This document shows positions 1 through 12,125 of a stretch of 64,000 nucleotides of DNA, in pieces (the first letter of the stretch is position 1; every line of letters starts with the position of its first letter). The notes under the pieces were generated by a model. That model did not search any database. It was given only the letters and a program-made list of their open reading frames with translations, and was not told where the DNA came from. A program made the translations under genes and the position numbers. The stretch covers positions 2,656,001 through 2,720,000 of the forward strand of contig CAWJWJ010000002.1 of assembly GCA_963846575.1 (NCBI GenBank). The letters run 5' to 3'. The DNA is from an uncultured Nitrospiraceae bacterium. Its GTDB lineage: Bacteria > Nitrospirota > Nitrospiria > Nitrospirales > Nitrospiraceae.

Positions 1-3000
1 CCCGTCACCGCCTGCCAAAGCATTGTTACCGTGATTGCCGGTCAGCACATTGGCCAGAATATTGCCCGTCCCGTTGATCGCCGCAGATCCGGTCAGGGTA
101 AGATTTTCGAGATTGGCCCCCAGGACCCAGGTCGCAGAACTTTCCACCGTATCGGTGCCGGCATTCAACCCTTCGACCACGGTGTCCCCCGCGCCAACGA
201 CATAGCTGTCGTTTCCTGTCCCACCGGTCAACGTGTTGGCCGCGCTGTTGCCAGTCAGAATGTTGTTGAGCCCGTTTCCCGTGCCATTGATGGCGGCAGT
301 CCCAGTGAGCGTCAGATTCTCGATATTCGCCGCAAGTGTGTGCGTCACAGAACTCTTGACAGTATCTCTACCGGCATTCAGCCCTTCGACAACGGTGTCG
401 CCGGCCCCGACGACATAGGTGTCATTCCCTCCTCCTCCAGTGAGTCTATTTGCCGCGCCATTCCCAGTCAGAATATTATCCAGTCCGTTCCCGGTTCCAT
501 TGATCGCCCCGATCCCGGTCAGCGTGAGATTCTCCACATTGGCGGCAAGGGTGTACGTCACCAAACTCTGAACCGTGTCGATGCCTTCATGAGGCAATTC
601 GGTTATCTTGTCGCTGGCGTTGTCCACGATATACATGTCGTCGCCATGACCTCCGATCAGGGTATCCCCGCCGGCGCCACCATTGAGAATGTTTGCGGCA
701 CTGTTCCCGGTCAGAGTGTTCGCTACACCATTGCCGCTTCCGTCGATGGCGGACGTTCCCGTCAAGACCAACTTTTCCAAATTGGTCCCCAGTGTCCAAC
801 TAATATCGGTTTGGACGATATCGGTGCCGGCACTCGCGGCCTCTACAACCGTATCACCGGCTCCGACCACATAGGTGTCGTTCCCTGTCCCGCCTGCGAG
901 AACATTGGCCGCCGTGTTGCCGACAATAATATTGTTAAGTGAATTCCCGGTTCCGTTGATTGCTGCACTGCCTGCAAGCGTCAGGTTTTCGACATTCGCT
1001 CCCAACGCATACGAGATGCTGCTTTGAACGGTATCCACCCCTAGCCCAGCTTCCTCAGTCACTCCATCCCCGACATCATCGACTACATAGAGATCATTTC
1101 CGGAACCACCGATCATGGTATCAGCACCGATACCCCCGTCCAGCGTATCGCTTCCAGCGCCGCCATCCAATTGGTCACTTCCGGCACCGCCGAGCAATTT
1201 ATCATCACCGGCTCTACCACGGAGGCTATCGTTTCCTCCCATTCCTGACAGAATATCATTCGTAACATTCCCGGAAAGATAATCTGCCTCATCGGTGCCA
1301 ATCAGGTCCACGCCTTCAAGTCGCGCTAACATCTCGCTATAGTCCCAGATCGTGCCATCTGCAAATTGGATTTGATCGACGCGGGCCGCCTCGCCCAGGA
1401 AAAATCCAGCGAGGCCCAGTTGATCATCTGTCCCGTTCAGCAAAAGGACAATATCGCTGCCATTGTCGGGCATCGCACGCAGTGTAACATCACCTGGGAT
1501 GATTCCTTCTGTGAGTCGGATCGTATCCACATCTGCAAAATTCCCTTGTTCGTCGATAAAGTCGTCCCCATATCCCCGGCCGAAGATATAGGTATCGTGT
1601 CCCGACGAACCCTCAAGAAAATCGGAACCCGCCCCACCATCCAAAATATCATTTCCCATGTTCGCACGGATCTGATCGTCTCCTCCCATCCCCCAAATGG
1701 CATCATCCCCCAATAAACCATAGAGCGAATCATCTGCTTCGCCACCGACAAAGGTTTTTACACGTCCATTAATATCATCTGGGTTCCATATCGTCCCGTC
1801 AGTGAAAATAAGCTGGTCGACGGTGGCGTTGGCAGAGGCAAAGTAGGATTCAACGCTTAACTGATCATTGGTCCCATTAATTTTGATGACGAGATGGTTG
1901 ACATGGTTTTCCATTGTGATGTCGGCTGGCACGACGCCCATGAGAAATTGCACCCGGTCCAGGCCTGTTTGCATATAGGTCTGCTTGCCCATGCGTACGA
2001 TGTCTTGCCCATACCCACGGCCAAACACAAATGTATTATCTCCCACCCCGACGAGGATGTCGTTTCCTTCTCGTCCATCAAGCTGGTTCGGGCCAGACAG
2101 TTGGTTGTCCAATGCATTACCTACTACATCCACCGTTTGGGTCGGGTCCAAATAAAAATCGTCGAGAATCTGCACATTCTCCACATGATCCGGAGTCATC
2201 AACGTGAGTGAAGAAATCGGCGCAAGTTGGATGGTATCGATTCCCGCATTGGCATCCTCTGACACAGTCGGAAGACCGGAAAGGAAACGATAGATATCAT
2301 CGCCCATCCCACCGAATAACTGATCGCCGCCCCCGTGCGATTCCAACAGATCGTTTCCCGCCCCACCGTGCAGCACATTCACGCCAGTCCCACCGTACAG
2401 ACGATCATGTCCTTCTCCACCGTGTACGACATCGTCGCCCTCATCCCCTTCCAACACATCAGCGCCCTCGCCGCCGAGCAAGATGTCGTTTCCTTCACGT
2501 CCATGGAACCAATCATCGACTTGGCTACCTTGCATATGATCGGCAACGGTGGTACCAAACAACGTTCCTCCCGTCACCGACGCGGACAAGTGAAAGCCGC
2601 GAGAGAGCAATTGGCTGCTCGTCAGCACGGTCCCGTCTGCGAACTCAAACCGGCCAATGGTGTGAAACTCCGCCGGGGAATTGAGCCCGAAACCGATAAT
2701 CTGAACCGCGTCGCCACCGTGTCCTACTCGCACCACCAGCGAATCACCAGCTACCACATCCAAACTCAGGGATTCGGCCATGACACCGGAGCCGAAGACC
2801 AGACGGTTGCTCTGAATCGCATCATCCTCGATCGAATCAACCCCGTCCCCCAGACTAAACCGGTAGGTGTCGAGGCCCCCTCCACCGATCAGGCGATCAT
2901 TCCCGGCCCCACCGTGTAAATCGTCTTCTCCTGCCGCCGAATACGGACCATCCCACGATTCTCCGAACAACACATCGTCGCCACTCCCTCCCTCTAACTG

Positions 3001-6000
3001 ATCGTTGCCACCTCCCCCCTGCAAGACGTCATCGCCCTCACCGCCGCCGAGGGTGTCGTTTCCCGCCTGGCTCGCAAGTGGTGAGTCACCGAAAAGGGAA
3101 TCATTGCCGGCCTCTCCGAAGAGCACATCGTCGCCAACATCGCCCACCAACTGGTCAGAGCCGTCGCCCCCAAACAGTCGGTCCTGTCCCCCACCGCCCC
3201 ACAACTGGTCGTCGCCCTCTTCGCCATTCAGCGTGTCATTCCCACCGATCAGGCTCAGGACAGTTGGATCGTTGCCATCGCCATAAAGGAAATCATCGCC
3301 GGCCCCTCCGATAACAAGGTCATCACCATCGCCCCCCTGCACTTCATCGATCCCGTCGCCACCAAAGAGTGTATCGTTCCCCTCGCCCCCTCTCACGAGA
3401 TCATCATCTTCTTCACCGTCGAGCAGGTCAGCGCCCTCCTGACCTAACAAGAAATCGTCGCCTCTCCCTCCAAACAACTCGTCGTCTCCCAAACCACCCT
3501 GCAATTCATCGTCCCCCTCGTCACCCGACAAGATGTCTCCCCCGTCTTGACCGAAGAGCCGATCATTTTCGCTGCCGCCTGCCAAGGAATCGTTTCCGCC
3601 ACCACCTTGAAGCTCATCGATCCCGGCTCCCCCATGAAGCATATCGTTAGAGCCGGGCTCATTCGCGTACTCTCCAACCAGCAAGTCGTCCCCAATTCCT
3701 CCAAATAACACATCGGCTCCCACCCCACCGTACAACTGATCGTTTCCCTCACCGCCCTCAAGCCAGTCATCACCCGCTCGCACGGCATACAGCGCCCCTT
3801 CGCCAAAAATCACATCGTCCCCACTGCCCCCGATCAGGACATCCGCGAGTCCTCCGCCATAAAGCCAGTCATTCCCCGCGCCACCATCCAGATAGTCCTC
3901 ACCATCTTTGGCTGGATCCCACGGCAGAAGGGTTGCTCCACCGTTATGATCGCCGAACAAAACATCGATCCCATCACCACCCAACAGGAGGTCTGCGCCT
4001 CCAAATCCGATCAGGTTGTCGTCACCTGCTCCGCCGTCCATCGTGTCCTCCCCTAAGCCCAGAGAATAATCTAGGGTAAAGGAGAACCCAGTATTGAACG
4101 GGTGATCAGGCGGAATGATGGTCAACTCGGTCGTACCTCCATCCCCCCTCAGGTCATCGTTTCCACTGCCGCCGAGCAAGACGTCATTCCCCGCCCCGCC
4201 CACCAGGAGATCGTCGCCGGCCCCTCCATCTAAATAATCCTGCCCGGCTTGTTCGAGCGACAGATCCCCATAGAGTCGGTCATCGCCGTCACCGCCCTCC
4301 AGCACGTCGTTATCTTCCCAGCCATACAACTCGTCATTTCCCCCAAAACCCTGAAGCAGGTCGTTGCCTGCACGGCTGGACAGACGATCGAAATTGGGTC
4401 CGCCGTATAGCTGATCGTTCCCTGGTCCCGCATAAATCCGATAACTCCCTTGTCCCCCTTGGAAGATATAGTTCTTCGCCTCGATACGCTCGATGATCCA
4501 AGCTCCCGTCTGAGGAAGCAGAATCTCCTCAGCCGCAAATCCATTGGCGCCAAAATTTATCGGAGGAACCGCGCCGGCGACGAACGAGTCCATGTTGGCT
4601 ACCGTCACGTGGGCCTCCACCTGCGTGCTATGCGTGGACTGACCTTCGGCATCTGCCAGCGTAACAGAGAGCGTGAGTGATGCATCAGCCGCGATGTCTT
4701 GCGTCGACTTGAGCCCGACGACCAACTGCCTCCGGCCCTCCGGAACGACCAGCGCAAAGGCACTGCCTTGCGGCAGGAGGTCCGTACCATCAGTGCGGAG
4801 CACGACCCCGCCTGCGTTGGGGCCGCTCAGCGTCAGCATCAGTTTCTGGCCACCGATCGCCGCTTCGAAGGGCAGATTGATGGTGATCGCTTTCAGTTGG
4901 CCTTCCCTGAGACTCACGGCTGCCGGTACTACGGCATCAGGATTAAACCCCGCTGCGTTAAACGGATTCGCTCCGAAGCCTTGCTGCACAACTACGGTCT
5001 GCCCGGCCTGTTGAAGCGTAATTCTCGCAGCTTCCAGTGCTGCGCCTAGGACTGGATCCACGGTCCATTCGCGCGACGCCTGCTCATACCCCTTCCGAAA
5101 GGCATCAAGCTCGATAAATCCCAAAGAACGGCCCAGATCGAACACCCCAGGAATGTCGCCGATGAACTCTGAAAAGACATTCGCGATTCCCTGAGCCGTG
5201 TTAGTAATCCACGGAACCAGCGTGCCTTCGACAAATGCATCGACGGCTCCGACTGCACCCCTCAAATTTCTGCCTACCTCAATCAGTGCTGAACTGACCA
5301 GTCCTTGTACCTGAGCCACGTTTTGACCGAGGGCGTCGGCTGCACCAGTAATCATCTCTAACGCTCGATTGATCCCTCCGCCCGGCAATGCCAACGTGTC
5401 GGCGAAGACATCACGATCAAACTGAAGCCCTACCAATTGCGCCGCTGCTTCGGCTTGTTTGCCCAACTCCCCCACCCCAAGCGCCACGCCCAGAGCTGAA
5501 GCATAGAGTGCCAGACGGAGAGCCGCTTCCGTGTTTCCCTGTACTGTGCCGTCGGTATTTCCAAGTTGCGAGTAATGGCGGGCAAATGACTGCGAGAGCG
5601 CCAGGTCTAATTGAAGCGGAATGTAGGGTACCACCGGGGCTGCCCAGTATTCCGGCTTCCTAATCGTATGGGCAAACAGCCCCTCGCCTGTAGTAGCGAA
5701 GGTTACTTGATGTCCGACCACCTGTGTCCCTGCGCCACCCACATGCGGCCCGCCCAGCAAATGAACTGCATCACCCTGCACAATCGGAGGTTGTCCGATC
5801 ACCACATGATGTTCACCGATAACCACTGACATCCGGTCAGTCCCCGGAGAGGCTCCACCCAGGACGTGTGTAATCCCCGGGGCATTGAAGGTAGTGAAGT
5901 GGAGCTGAGTGGGATTGATTATGAAATTGGGATTGGAGTTACCTTGAGCATTATTGGGGTCTAGGCAGCCCTCGAGCAATTTCCAGAACAGAAGTGAAAT

Positions 6001-6417
6001 CGCTGACCTGACTCTTCGTCTTTCAAATTTGTGTCATTAATAGCCCATTGAACTAACGCACCGCCTAGACTGTGGCCAACTAGCTCCACCTTTCGGTTTG
6101 CGACCAATTCTTGGGCAAGCCATGGATTCACATCATTACGGAGTTCATTAAATTGGGTTTTGCCAATATCGGTGACATCCGCGAACAGATCTTCCATATT
6201 CACAGACGTGACTTCCGATCCACGAAACACCAGCATTCGCCGACCGTCGTCTTACGGCTCGCTTGAGCGCGTAGACAAAGCCACCGCTCCACCGGACCTT
6301 GGCCACTCTCTTCCGTTCCAAATGACGGATCAATTGCCAGCCTATGGAAAAGGAATTCTCGTAATATACTAGTTCTGCAGCTTCGCGAGCATCAGCTAGG
6401 CTAACAACGGCGGTCAT
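1..6417 (-). CDS. Large RTX (hemolysin-type Ca2+-binding repeat) T1SS substrate with N-terminal lipase (Lipase_3-like) domain; 3' end outside window, frameshifts near 5960-6300
   Basis: Spot-translation across 6033 to 1 stays in one frame, with many GGxGxDxLx nonapeptides, VENLTL repeats and QFADGTIWD motifs. Lipase motifs LVFRGSE, VGHSLGG (ORF 5961-6236) and FTTFNAPG (about 5880). ATG at 6417 follows AAGGAG. Absent from the ORF track because there is no stop in the window. Confidence 0.9.
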
Positions 6418-7666
6418 GGCGTTGCTCCTTGCATTCGATGAACATGAGTTCAGACTGTCCTTTATTACGCTCACCCACTTGCGACCGTCGGCGACATCTG
6501 ATTGCCGCAATTTCGTCTGGAAAATTGACTTTCATGAAGTGGTTCAACACTCGGCCTCTTGGATTTTTGAGCGTCCATCCAGAGGCTCGTCACGAGACGA
6601 TGACCGCGCTCAATCATCACTACGTCACCTTGGGCATTCACATGCAGATCGTGCAAATAAATGGATCATCGGGAGTTTGTCTGAATACTTACCACTTCTT
6701 CCATCTTTAGCCTTTTCCCCATCTAGATGAAATCGGCAGATCCTCCCCCCAACAGTGAGATGGCGATCGCATGGTCACCTGCTCTAAAACACCCCCGTAG
6801 AGGTGATTTCCCAGTTAGATCGGGCTTAAAACTGAGCCTCCAGCTGATATGGGCCTTGTTCCTGCGTGGTCTGCTGTACTATGCGACCATTTAAATCTGT
6901 AGCAGATAACCTTGCTTAGTTCCGTGCCATCGGCCATTTTCAAAGGTGGTTCCGAATTGGTCACCCATTCGTAATTTCCACTACCTTTGCTGACTCGAAT
7001 CGTCTCATCCCAGCGATACTGGACAAGGAATCCTTTGTCCAGTAACCACATACGTTTGGTACCTCTATCGTGGGGCAAACACACCGCGCGATACCCTGGC
7101 AGGAGATATGCGAATCCACAATCGTTCTTGGCCTGATCTGGTAGCGCTGAACTCTGCAAGCCCCGTCCACCCAAAGTATTACTAAAACTCAGGACAAATT
7201 GGTTTGCGATGCTGACAGCTTGTGGTACGACGAAACCCTCTAGTTTCTCTGCCAACAGGGTTGGTGGCTGGCCGATTGTTAGAGAGTAGAGCTTGTTCCG
7301 TTTCTTATCCGCGGATAACACATGGAACAACAGGGTGTGCGACTGACAAGTCACATCGCGAATGTGAGGCTGTAAGTTCGGTTCAATGGGCGCCAGATCA
7401 ATTCTCCTGAGATCTTTAGGTTTAGCCGGATCAAGGTAATAGAGCCCCTCCACCTCGAACTCCTGCCCAGGGGCTGGCTGGCCTCCTTTTACGATCACGA
7501 AATGCGTGTCGTCATACCAGCAGCCCCCACCTCTGATCCCTGTATTGATGACCTGGTATTCACGTTCGCCTTTGGCCAGAACAGTACTTACACAAGCGGC
7601 TGCAATGAGGACCACGGACAGGCACAGACGCTTCCGATTCCTGTGAGGCAATCGAGCCCTGTTCAT
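6414..7666 (-). CDS. Exported protein with signal peptide, probably beta-rich; C-terminal third broken by several indels
   Basis: ORF 6815-7666 has a basic N-terminus and hydrophobic segment ending VLA. Coding-like sequence continues in shifting frames (TDLNGRIVQQ, GGRICRFHLDG, LHDLHVNAQGDVVMIERG, DGRKWVSV) to a TGA overlapping the RTX ATG. Confidence 0.7.
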
Positions 7667-7892
7667 TGACGGTGGACTCCTTTGTTTGGACGTGGTGCGT
7701 TGTAAAAGAGTTAGGAGCGACCATTTTGGCGATCTACTGGCACATCAGCGAACCTCAGTTACAGCCGGCTTGCACATCCCACTCTGTGCTGTGACATAGA
7801 GTGTCAAGAGCTCTTGTTCCATGCTGTTTGGGATGACCAGGTTGAAGACACAAGGGCCCCAAATTTCACCGGGATCATGTCTTGTGGCTGCC

Positions 7893-9320
7893 CTACCGCT
7901 CCCGCAAGCTTTCCTGCATCGACTTCAGTAACGGACTCAGCAGATACTCGATCACTCGTCGCTGGCCGGTTTTGACCTCCACTGTCACCGCCATCCCAGG
8001 CGTGAGGTGGACGGTCTTCCCTTCCACATGGAGTGTCGGGTGGTCAAGGCTGATTCGACTGGCATAGATTAAACCGCCTTGCTCTTTCTCCAACGGTACC
8101 GCATCATCCGAGACGGTCAAAACTTTTCCCGGAACGGTGCCGTAGAGAGTAAACGGAAAGGTTTCAATTTTGATTTCCACCGGCTGCCCTTCCCTTACAA
8201 ACCCGATGTCTTTGTTTTCAAAGCGTGCTTCAACTTCGACGGAGTGGTCCTGCGGCACGACGATGAGCAAGGGTTGCGCGGGGGTCACCACCCCACCGAC
8301 CGTATGCACCGCCAGCTGCTGGACGACCCCTTCGATCGGCGATACCAATTTCTGTAAGTCAGTACGCTGTTCTGCCTTTCGCACCTCCTGAAGCAGCGAT
8401 GCAGCTTTCGTTTCGGTAGTGGACAGCTCGGCCTGTTTGGTCTGCTGAAACTCCGAGACGAGCGCATAGTAATTTTGCTCCGCCTCGGCCAACGCTGCCT
8501 GATCTTGCCTTAGTTTGCTTTTCTGCCCGGCCCACTCCTGCGCTTTGTCGATGCGCTGCTGCTCAAACTGGAGATAGTCCATCTTCGACACATATTGCTG
8601 CGCGAGCAACGTGCGATAGGCCTTGGCTCGCTCAGCCTCTATCGGGACAGTAGCTTCGAGACGTCGAAGATTATCTTTGGTGGCCTCCACTGCGGCTTTG
8701 CGCTGACCAATGAGATGACGTGCGGCATCCACTCGCGCAGAAAATTCCGTCATCTGATCACGCAACAGTTGTTGTTGCAGCATTACGAACTGTGGGGCGG
8801 CATCAGCGGGTGGAGGGAAGTTGAAGCGCCCGTCAATCAAGGCTCGCAAGCGAGCGGCTTCGACCAGGGTCGCGCGATACTCGTTAGTGGCCCGGTCGCG
8901 GTCTGCACTGTTTTGGGTTTCATCCAGTTCAATCAGGATCTCGCCTTGATGAACCGTCTGGCCATCTTGCACGTGAATGGCAGTGATAACTCCGTTCTCG
9001 AACGGCTGAATTGTTTTGGAATGGCCGCTGGGAATAATCCTCCCGGGAGCCACCGCCACAATATCGATGACACTGAGGGACGACCAGATGCACGCCGTCG
9101 TGAACACCATCAGGATGGTCCATAGAATCGCTCGGCCGATTGGCGAAGGCGGCGCATGTTCAATTTCAAGCACTGCCGGCAGGAATTCAGTTGTATCGCC
9201 GTAGGAGGTTGCTCCTATCGGGAGCGTCTCCGCAGCTTGCCATGCAGCACGCCACGCTGCCAAATGTCGCAACAAACTGTATCGCATCCTCATCGTTCTC
9301 TCAGTTGTTTGCCGGGTCAC
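7893..9320 (-). CDS. hlyD: HlyD-family T1SS membrane fusion protein (start may be 9293)
   Basis: EFLPAVLEIE, one TM helix, coiled coil, SPIEGVVQQL, C-terminal LTPGMAVTVEVKTGQRRVIEYLLSPL. Confidence 0.96.
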   Translation of the reverse strand: MTRQTTERTMRMRYSLLRHLAAWRAAWQAAETLPIGATSYGDTTEFLPAVLEIEHAPPSPIGRAILWTILMVFTTACIWSSLSVIDIVAVAPGRIIPSGHSKTIQPFENGVITAIHVQDGQTVHQGEILIELDETQNSADRDRATNEYRATLVEAARLRALIDGRFNFPPPADAAPQFVMLQQQLLRDQMTEFSARVDAARHLIGQRKAAVEATKDNLRRLEATVPIEAERAKAYRTLLAQQYVSKMDYLQFEQQRIDKAQEWAGQKSKLRQDQAALAEAEQNYYALVSEFQQTKQAELSTTETKAASLLQEVRKAEQRTDLQKLVSPIEGVVQQLAVHTVGGVVTPAQPLLIVVPQDHSVEVEARFENKDIGFVREGQPVEIKIETFPFTLYGTVPGKVLTVSDDAVPLEKEQGGLIYASRISLDHPTLHVEGKTVHLTPGMAVTVEVKTGQRRVIEYLLSPLLKSMQESLRER

Positions 9321-9384
9321 CCCGCTGCATCGGCAGATTAAGGTCCGCTTATTCCTCCGCTACACAGCCATTGCATCACTCAAC

Positions 9385-11553
9385 CTATGCCGCGGCCGAC
9401 TGTCCACCCTGATATCTATGGAGCCGGGCGTATAGCCCATTCCGCTTGAGGAGGTCGTCGTGGGTGCCATCTTCAAGGAGCTGCCCCTTCTCGAGCACAA
9501 AGATTCGATGAGATGCGCGAACCGTACTGAGTCGATGGGCAATGATGACGACCGTGCGCCCCTTGCAGATCTGCGCCATGTTTTGCTGGATGATCGCTTC
9601 AGACTCATAGTCCAATGCACTTGTGGCTTCATCGAAGATGAGGATGCGTGGATTGGCCACCAGCGCCCTGGCGATGGCGATCCGTTGTCGCTGGCCGCCG
9701 GATAGGGTACAGCCGTGCTCGCCAACAACCGTATCGTACCCTTGAGGAAGTTCAAGGATGAACTCGTGGGCACCCGCCAATTTCGCGGCGTTCATGACTC
9801 GATCCATGGAAAGACCTGGATCCGTCAGCGCGATGTTGTCACGCACTGATCGGTTGAATAGAAAGTTTTCCTGTAGGACCACCCCGACCTGACGCCGCAG
9901 CCAGGCCGGATCGACCTGAGCAAGATCAACTCCATCTACCAACACACGGCCTCGTTCCGGTACATACAGGCGTTGCATTAACTTCGCGATAGTACTCTTC
10001 CCGGAGCCTGACCGTCCCACCATCCCTATAACCTGACCGGGTTGTAATGTGAGCGAAACCTGCTGGAGGACCACTGGTCCGTCAGGACGATAGCGAAAAG
10101 TGACATCGTCAAACACAATCTGCCCGGAAATCTTTGGCAAAGTCGTGCGGTTCGGGTTGTAGGACGGCTCCGGCCTGGTGTTCAGCAGATCCCCCAATCG
10201 TTGCATCGAAAGACCCACCTGCTGAAATTCCTGCCAAAGGTTTACCATTCGCAACAAAGGACCGGTGACTTGGGCTGACAGCATGTTGAATGCGATCAGC
10301 CCACCGATACTCAAAACTCCATCGATGACCTGATATGCTCCGACCCACATAAGGGCGATCGTCGTGGACTTCTGGATAAAGATTCCCACCTGTCCGGCCA
10401 CAGTGATGAGACTGGTGGCGCGGAAACTCGCTCGCACATATTCGGCCAGCTGTTCATCCCAGCGACGTTGTAATGGCGGCTCAACGGCCAGAGCCTTCAC
10501 GGTTTGAATGCCGCTCACGGCCTCCACAAGAAACGACTGGTTCTCCGCACCGCGGTTGAATTTTTCATTGAGCCGCAGACGAATGGTCGGTGTGATGACT
10601 ACTGACAGAATGGCATAGAGCGGAAGGGACGCCATCACCACCAATGTCAGCAGAGAACTGTAGATCCACATCACCCCCAAAAATATGACGGTGAACGCAA
10701 CATCCAGCACAACCGTCACAGAGTTGCTGGTAATAAACTGGCGAATCTGTTCGAGTTCGCGCACTCGCGCGACCGTATCGCCGACGCGTCGGGCCTCGAA
10801 ATAGGCGATCGGAAGCGCCAAAAGATGCCGGAATAGCTGTGCACCAAGCCCCACGTCGATCCGGTTGGTGGTGTGAGCAAACAGGTACGTGCGCAACCCT
10901 CCGAGTAGGGCATCGAACAGGGCTAGTGCGACCATCCCGATACCTAACACGTGCAACGTTGTAAAGCCCTTGTGTACCAATACCTTGTCTATGACAACTT
11001 GCGTAAAGAGCGGTGTGAGCAGTGCGAACAGCTGAAGGAAGAACGAAGCCAGCAATACTTCACCTAGGAGCCTTCGATACTTAACCACGGCTGGTATGAA
11101 CCACGTGATATCGAAAACAAGATCTTGTGCCCTCAGGCCGGCACGTTTCGTAGCAAGCAACAGTCTACCGCTCCACGTCGCCATGAATTCTTCCTTGGAT
11201 TGAACTTGTGGTCGCGGTTCCAGTGGATCCTGGATTAACACATTGTTGGCCTCTACCTTCGCCAACACAATGTACTGCCCGTTGACCCTCTGAGCGATGG
11301 TTGGAAACGGTGTCGCCTTCAGGTCCTTCCATGTGGCAGTCACCAGGCCAGCCTTCAACCCCACATGTTTCGCCGCACGTAACAGTTCCTGTGGTGTCAG
11401 TATCTGACCGGACTGCCCGTATTGATGTGCAATCTGTCCGGCATCCACATACAGGTCATGAAATCGCGCGAGCACCAGCAGGCACAACAATCCTGTATCC
11501 GGAAAGGGTTGGGGCCTGGAACAAGGGTCTGGACGGCACACAGCGGCTTCCAT
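9385..11553 (-). CDS. hlyB: HlyB-family T1SS ABC transporter with C39-like N-terminal domain
   Basis: DTGLLCL N-terminus, TM domain, Walker A GRSGSGKS, LSGGQRQR, IFDEATSALD. ATG 11553 gives 722 aa and avoids overlap with the upstream gene. Confidence 0.96.
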   Translation of the reverse strand: MEAAVCRPDPCSRPQPFPDTGLLCLLVLARFHDLYVDAGQIAHQYGQSGQILTPQELLRAAKHVGLKAGLVTATWKDLKATPFPTIAQRVNGQYIVLAKVEANNVLIQDPLEPRPQVQSKEEFMATWSGRLLLATKRAGLRAQDLVFDITWFIPAVVKYRRLLGEVLLASFFLQLFALLTPLFTQVVIDKVLVHKGFTTLHVLGIGMVALALFDALLGGLRTYLFAHTTNRIDVGLGAQLFRHLLALPIAYFEARRVGDTVARVRELEQIRQFITSNSVTVVLDVAFTVIFLGVMWIYSSLLTLVVMASLPLYAILSVVITPTIRLRLNEKFNRGAENQSFLVEAVSGIQTVKALAVEPPLQRRWDEQLAEYVRASFRATSLITVAGQVGIFIQKSTTIALMWVGAYQVIDGVLSIGGLIAFNMLSAQVTGPLLRMVNLWQEFQQVGLSMQRLGDLLNTRPEPSYNPNRTTLPKISGQIVFDDVTFRYRPDGPVVLQQVSLTLQPGQVIGMVGRSGSGKSTIAKLMQRLYVPERGRVLVDGVDLAQVDPAWLRRQVGVVLQENFLFNRSVRDNIALTDPGLSMDRVMNAAKLAGAHEFILELPQGYDTVVGEHGCTLSGGQRQRIAIARALVANPRILIFDEATSALDYESEAIIQQNMAQICKGRTVVIIAHRLSTVRASHRIFVLEKGQLLEDGTHDDLLKRNGLYARLHRYQGGQSAAA

Positions 11554-11575
11554 GGATGAACTGTAAATAGAGCGG

Positions 11576-11953
11576 CTAAGATTGTTTCGGCTTAGGAGGT
11601 TGGAGAGAGCCCAGCATCTGCTGGAGTTGCTGATTGAGCCGAATTGCGGAAGGAAGAGGCAAGGAGACACCTGCTGCTTTGGTGCCATTTAGCTGCTGGG
11701 GTATTGCTTCGCCTTGTTTAACACGTCGAGCGACAAGGCCCAACAAAGCAGGTTCAAGAACCCCAAACTCGACGTATGCAAGTCCTTTGTCTATACCGAC
11801 ATGAGTGTAGTTGACCAGCTGCGGACGCTCATGCTCCCCGCCTGGCTTCAGCCAAACATTAACCGCGGTTGCCTTATCGCTATTCCACTGGGAAAGATTA
11901 CCTACCACCATGCTATCCCTCCTGCGATCTAGCTTTTGACATTCCTCCGTCAT
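11576..11953 (-). CDS. Hypothetical cytoplasmic protein (DUF3467-like) heading the T1SS operon
   Basis: 125-aa ORF ending 22 nt before hlyB; NYTHV-x6-YVEFG followed by a helix resembles DUF3467-type proteins. Confidence 0.6.
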   Translation of the reverse strand: MTEECQKLDRRRDSMVVGNLSQWNSDKATAVNVWLKPGGEHERPQLVNYTHVGIDKGLAYVEFGVLEPALLGLVARRVKQGEAIPQQLNGTKAAGVSLPLPSAIRLNQQLQQMLGSLQPPKPKQS

Positions 11954-12125
11954 TTCGTGAGCCGAACAAGAGCTCAGGACAATAGGGCGCAGAATAGGGG
12001 CAGACTAGTTGAACCGCTATTCCTCGATGGCGGGGAAGGTATTAAGGCTTACGTAGCAGAAGATCCAGAACGACAAGGACTGACGAAGATTAGGTATCAG
12101 AACTTCAGGGAGTAAGCCTGTAGGG

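Noticed and set aside
31..5049. Long plus-strand ORFs (31-942, 2335-2919 and others)
   Set aside because: Antisense shadows of the RTX gene; the minus-strand frame carries the recognisable repeats.
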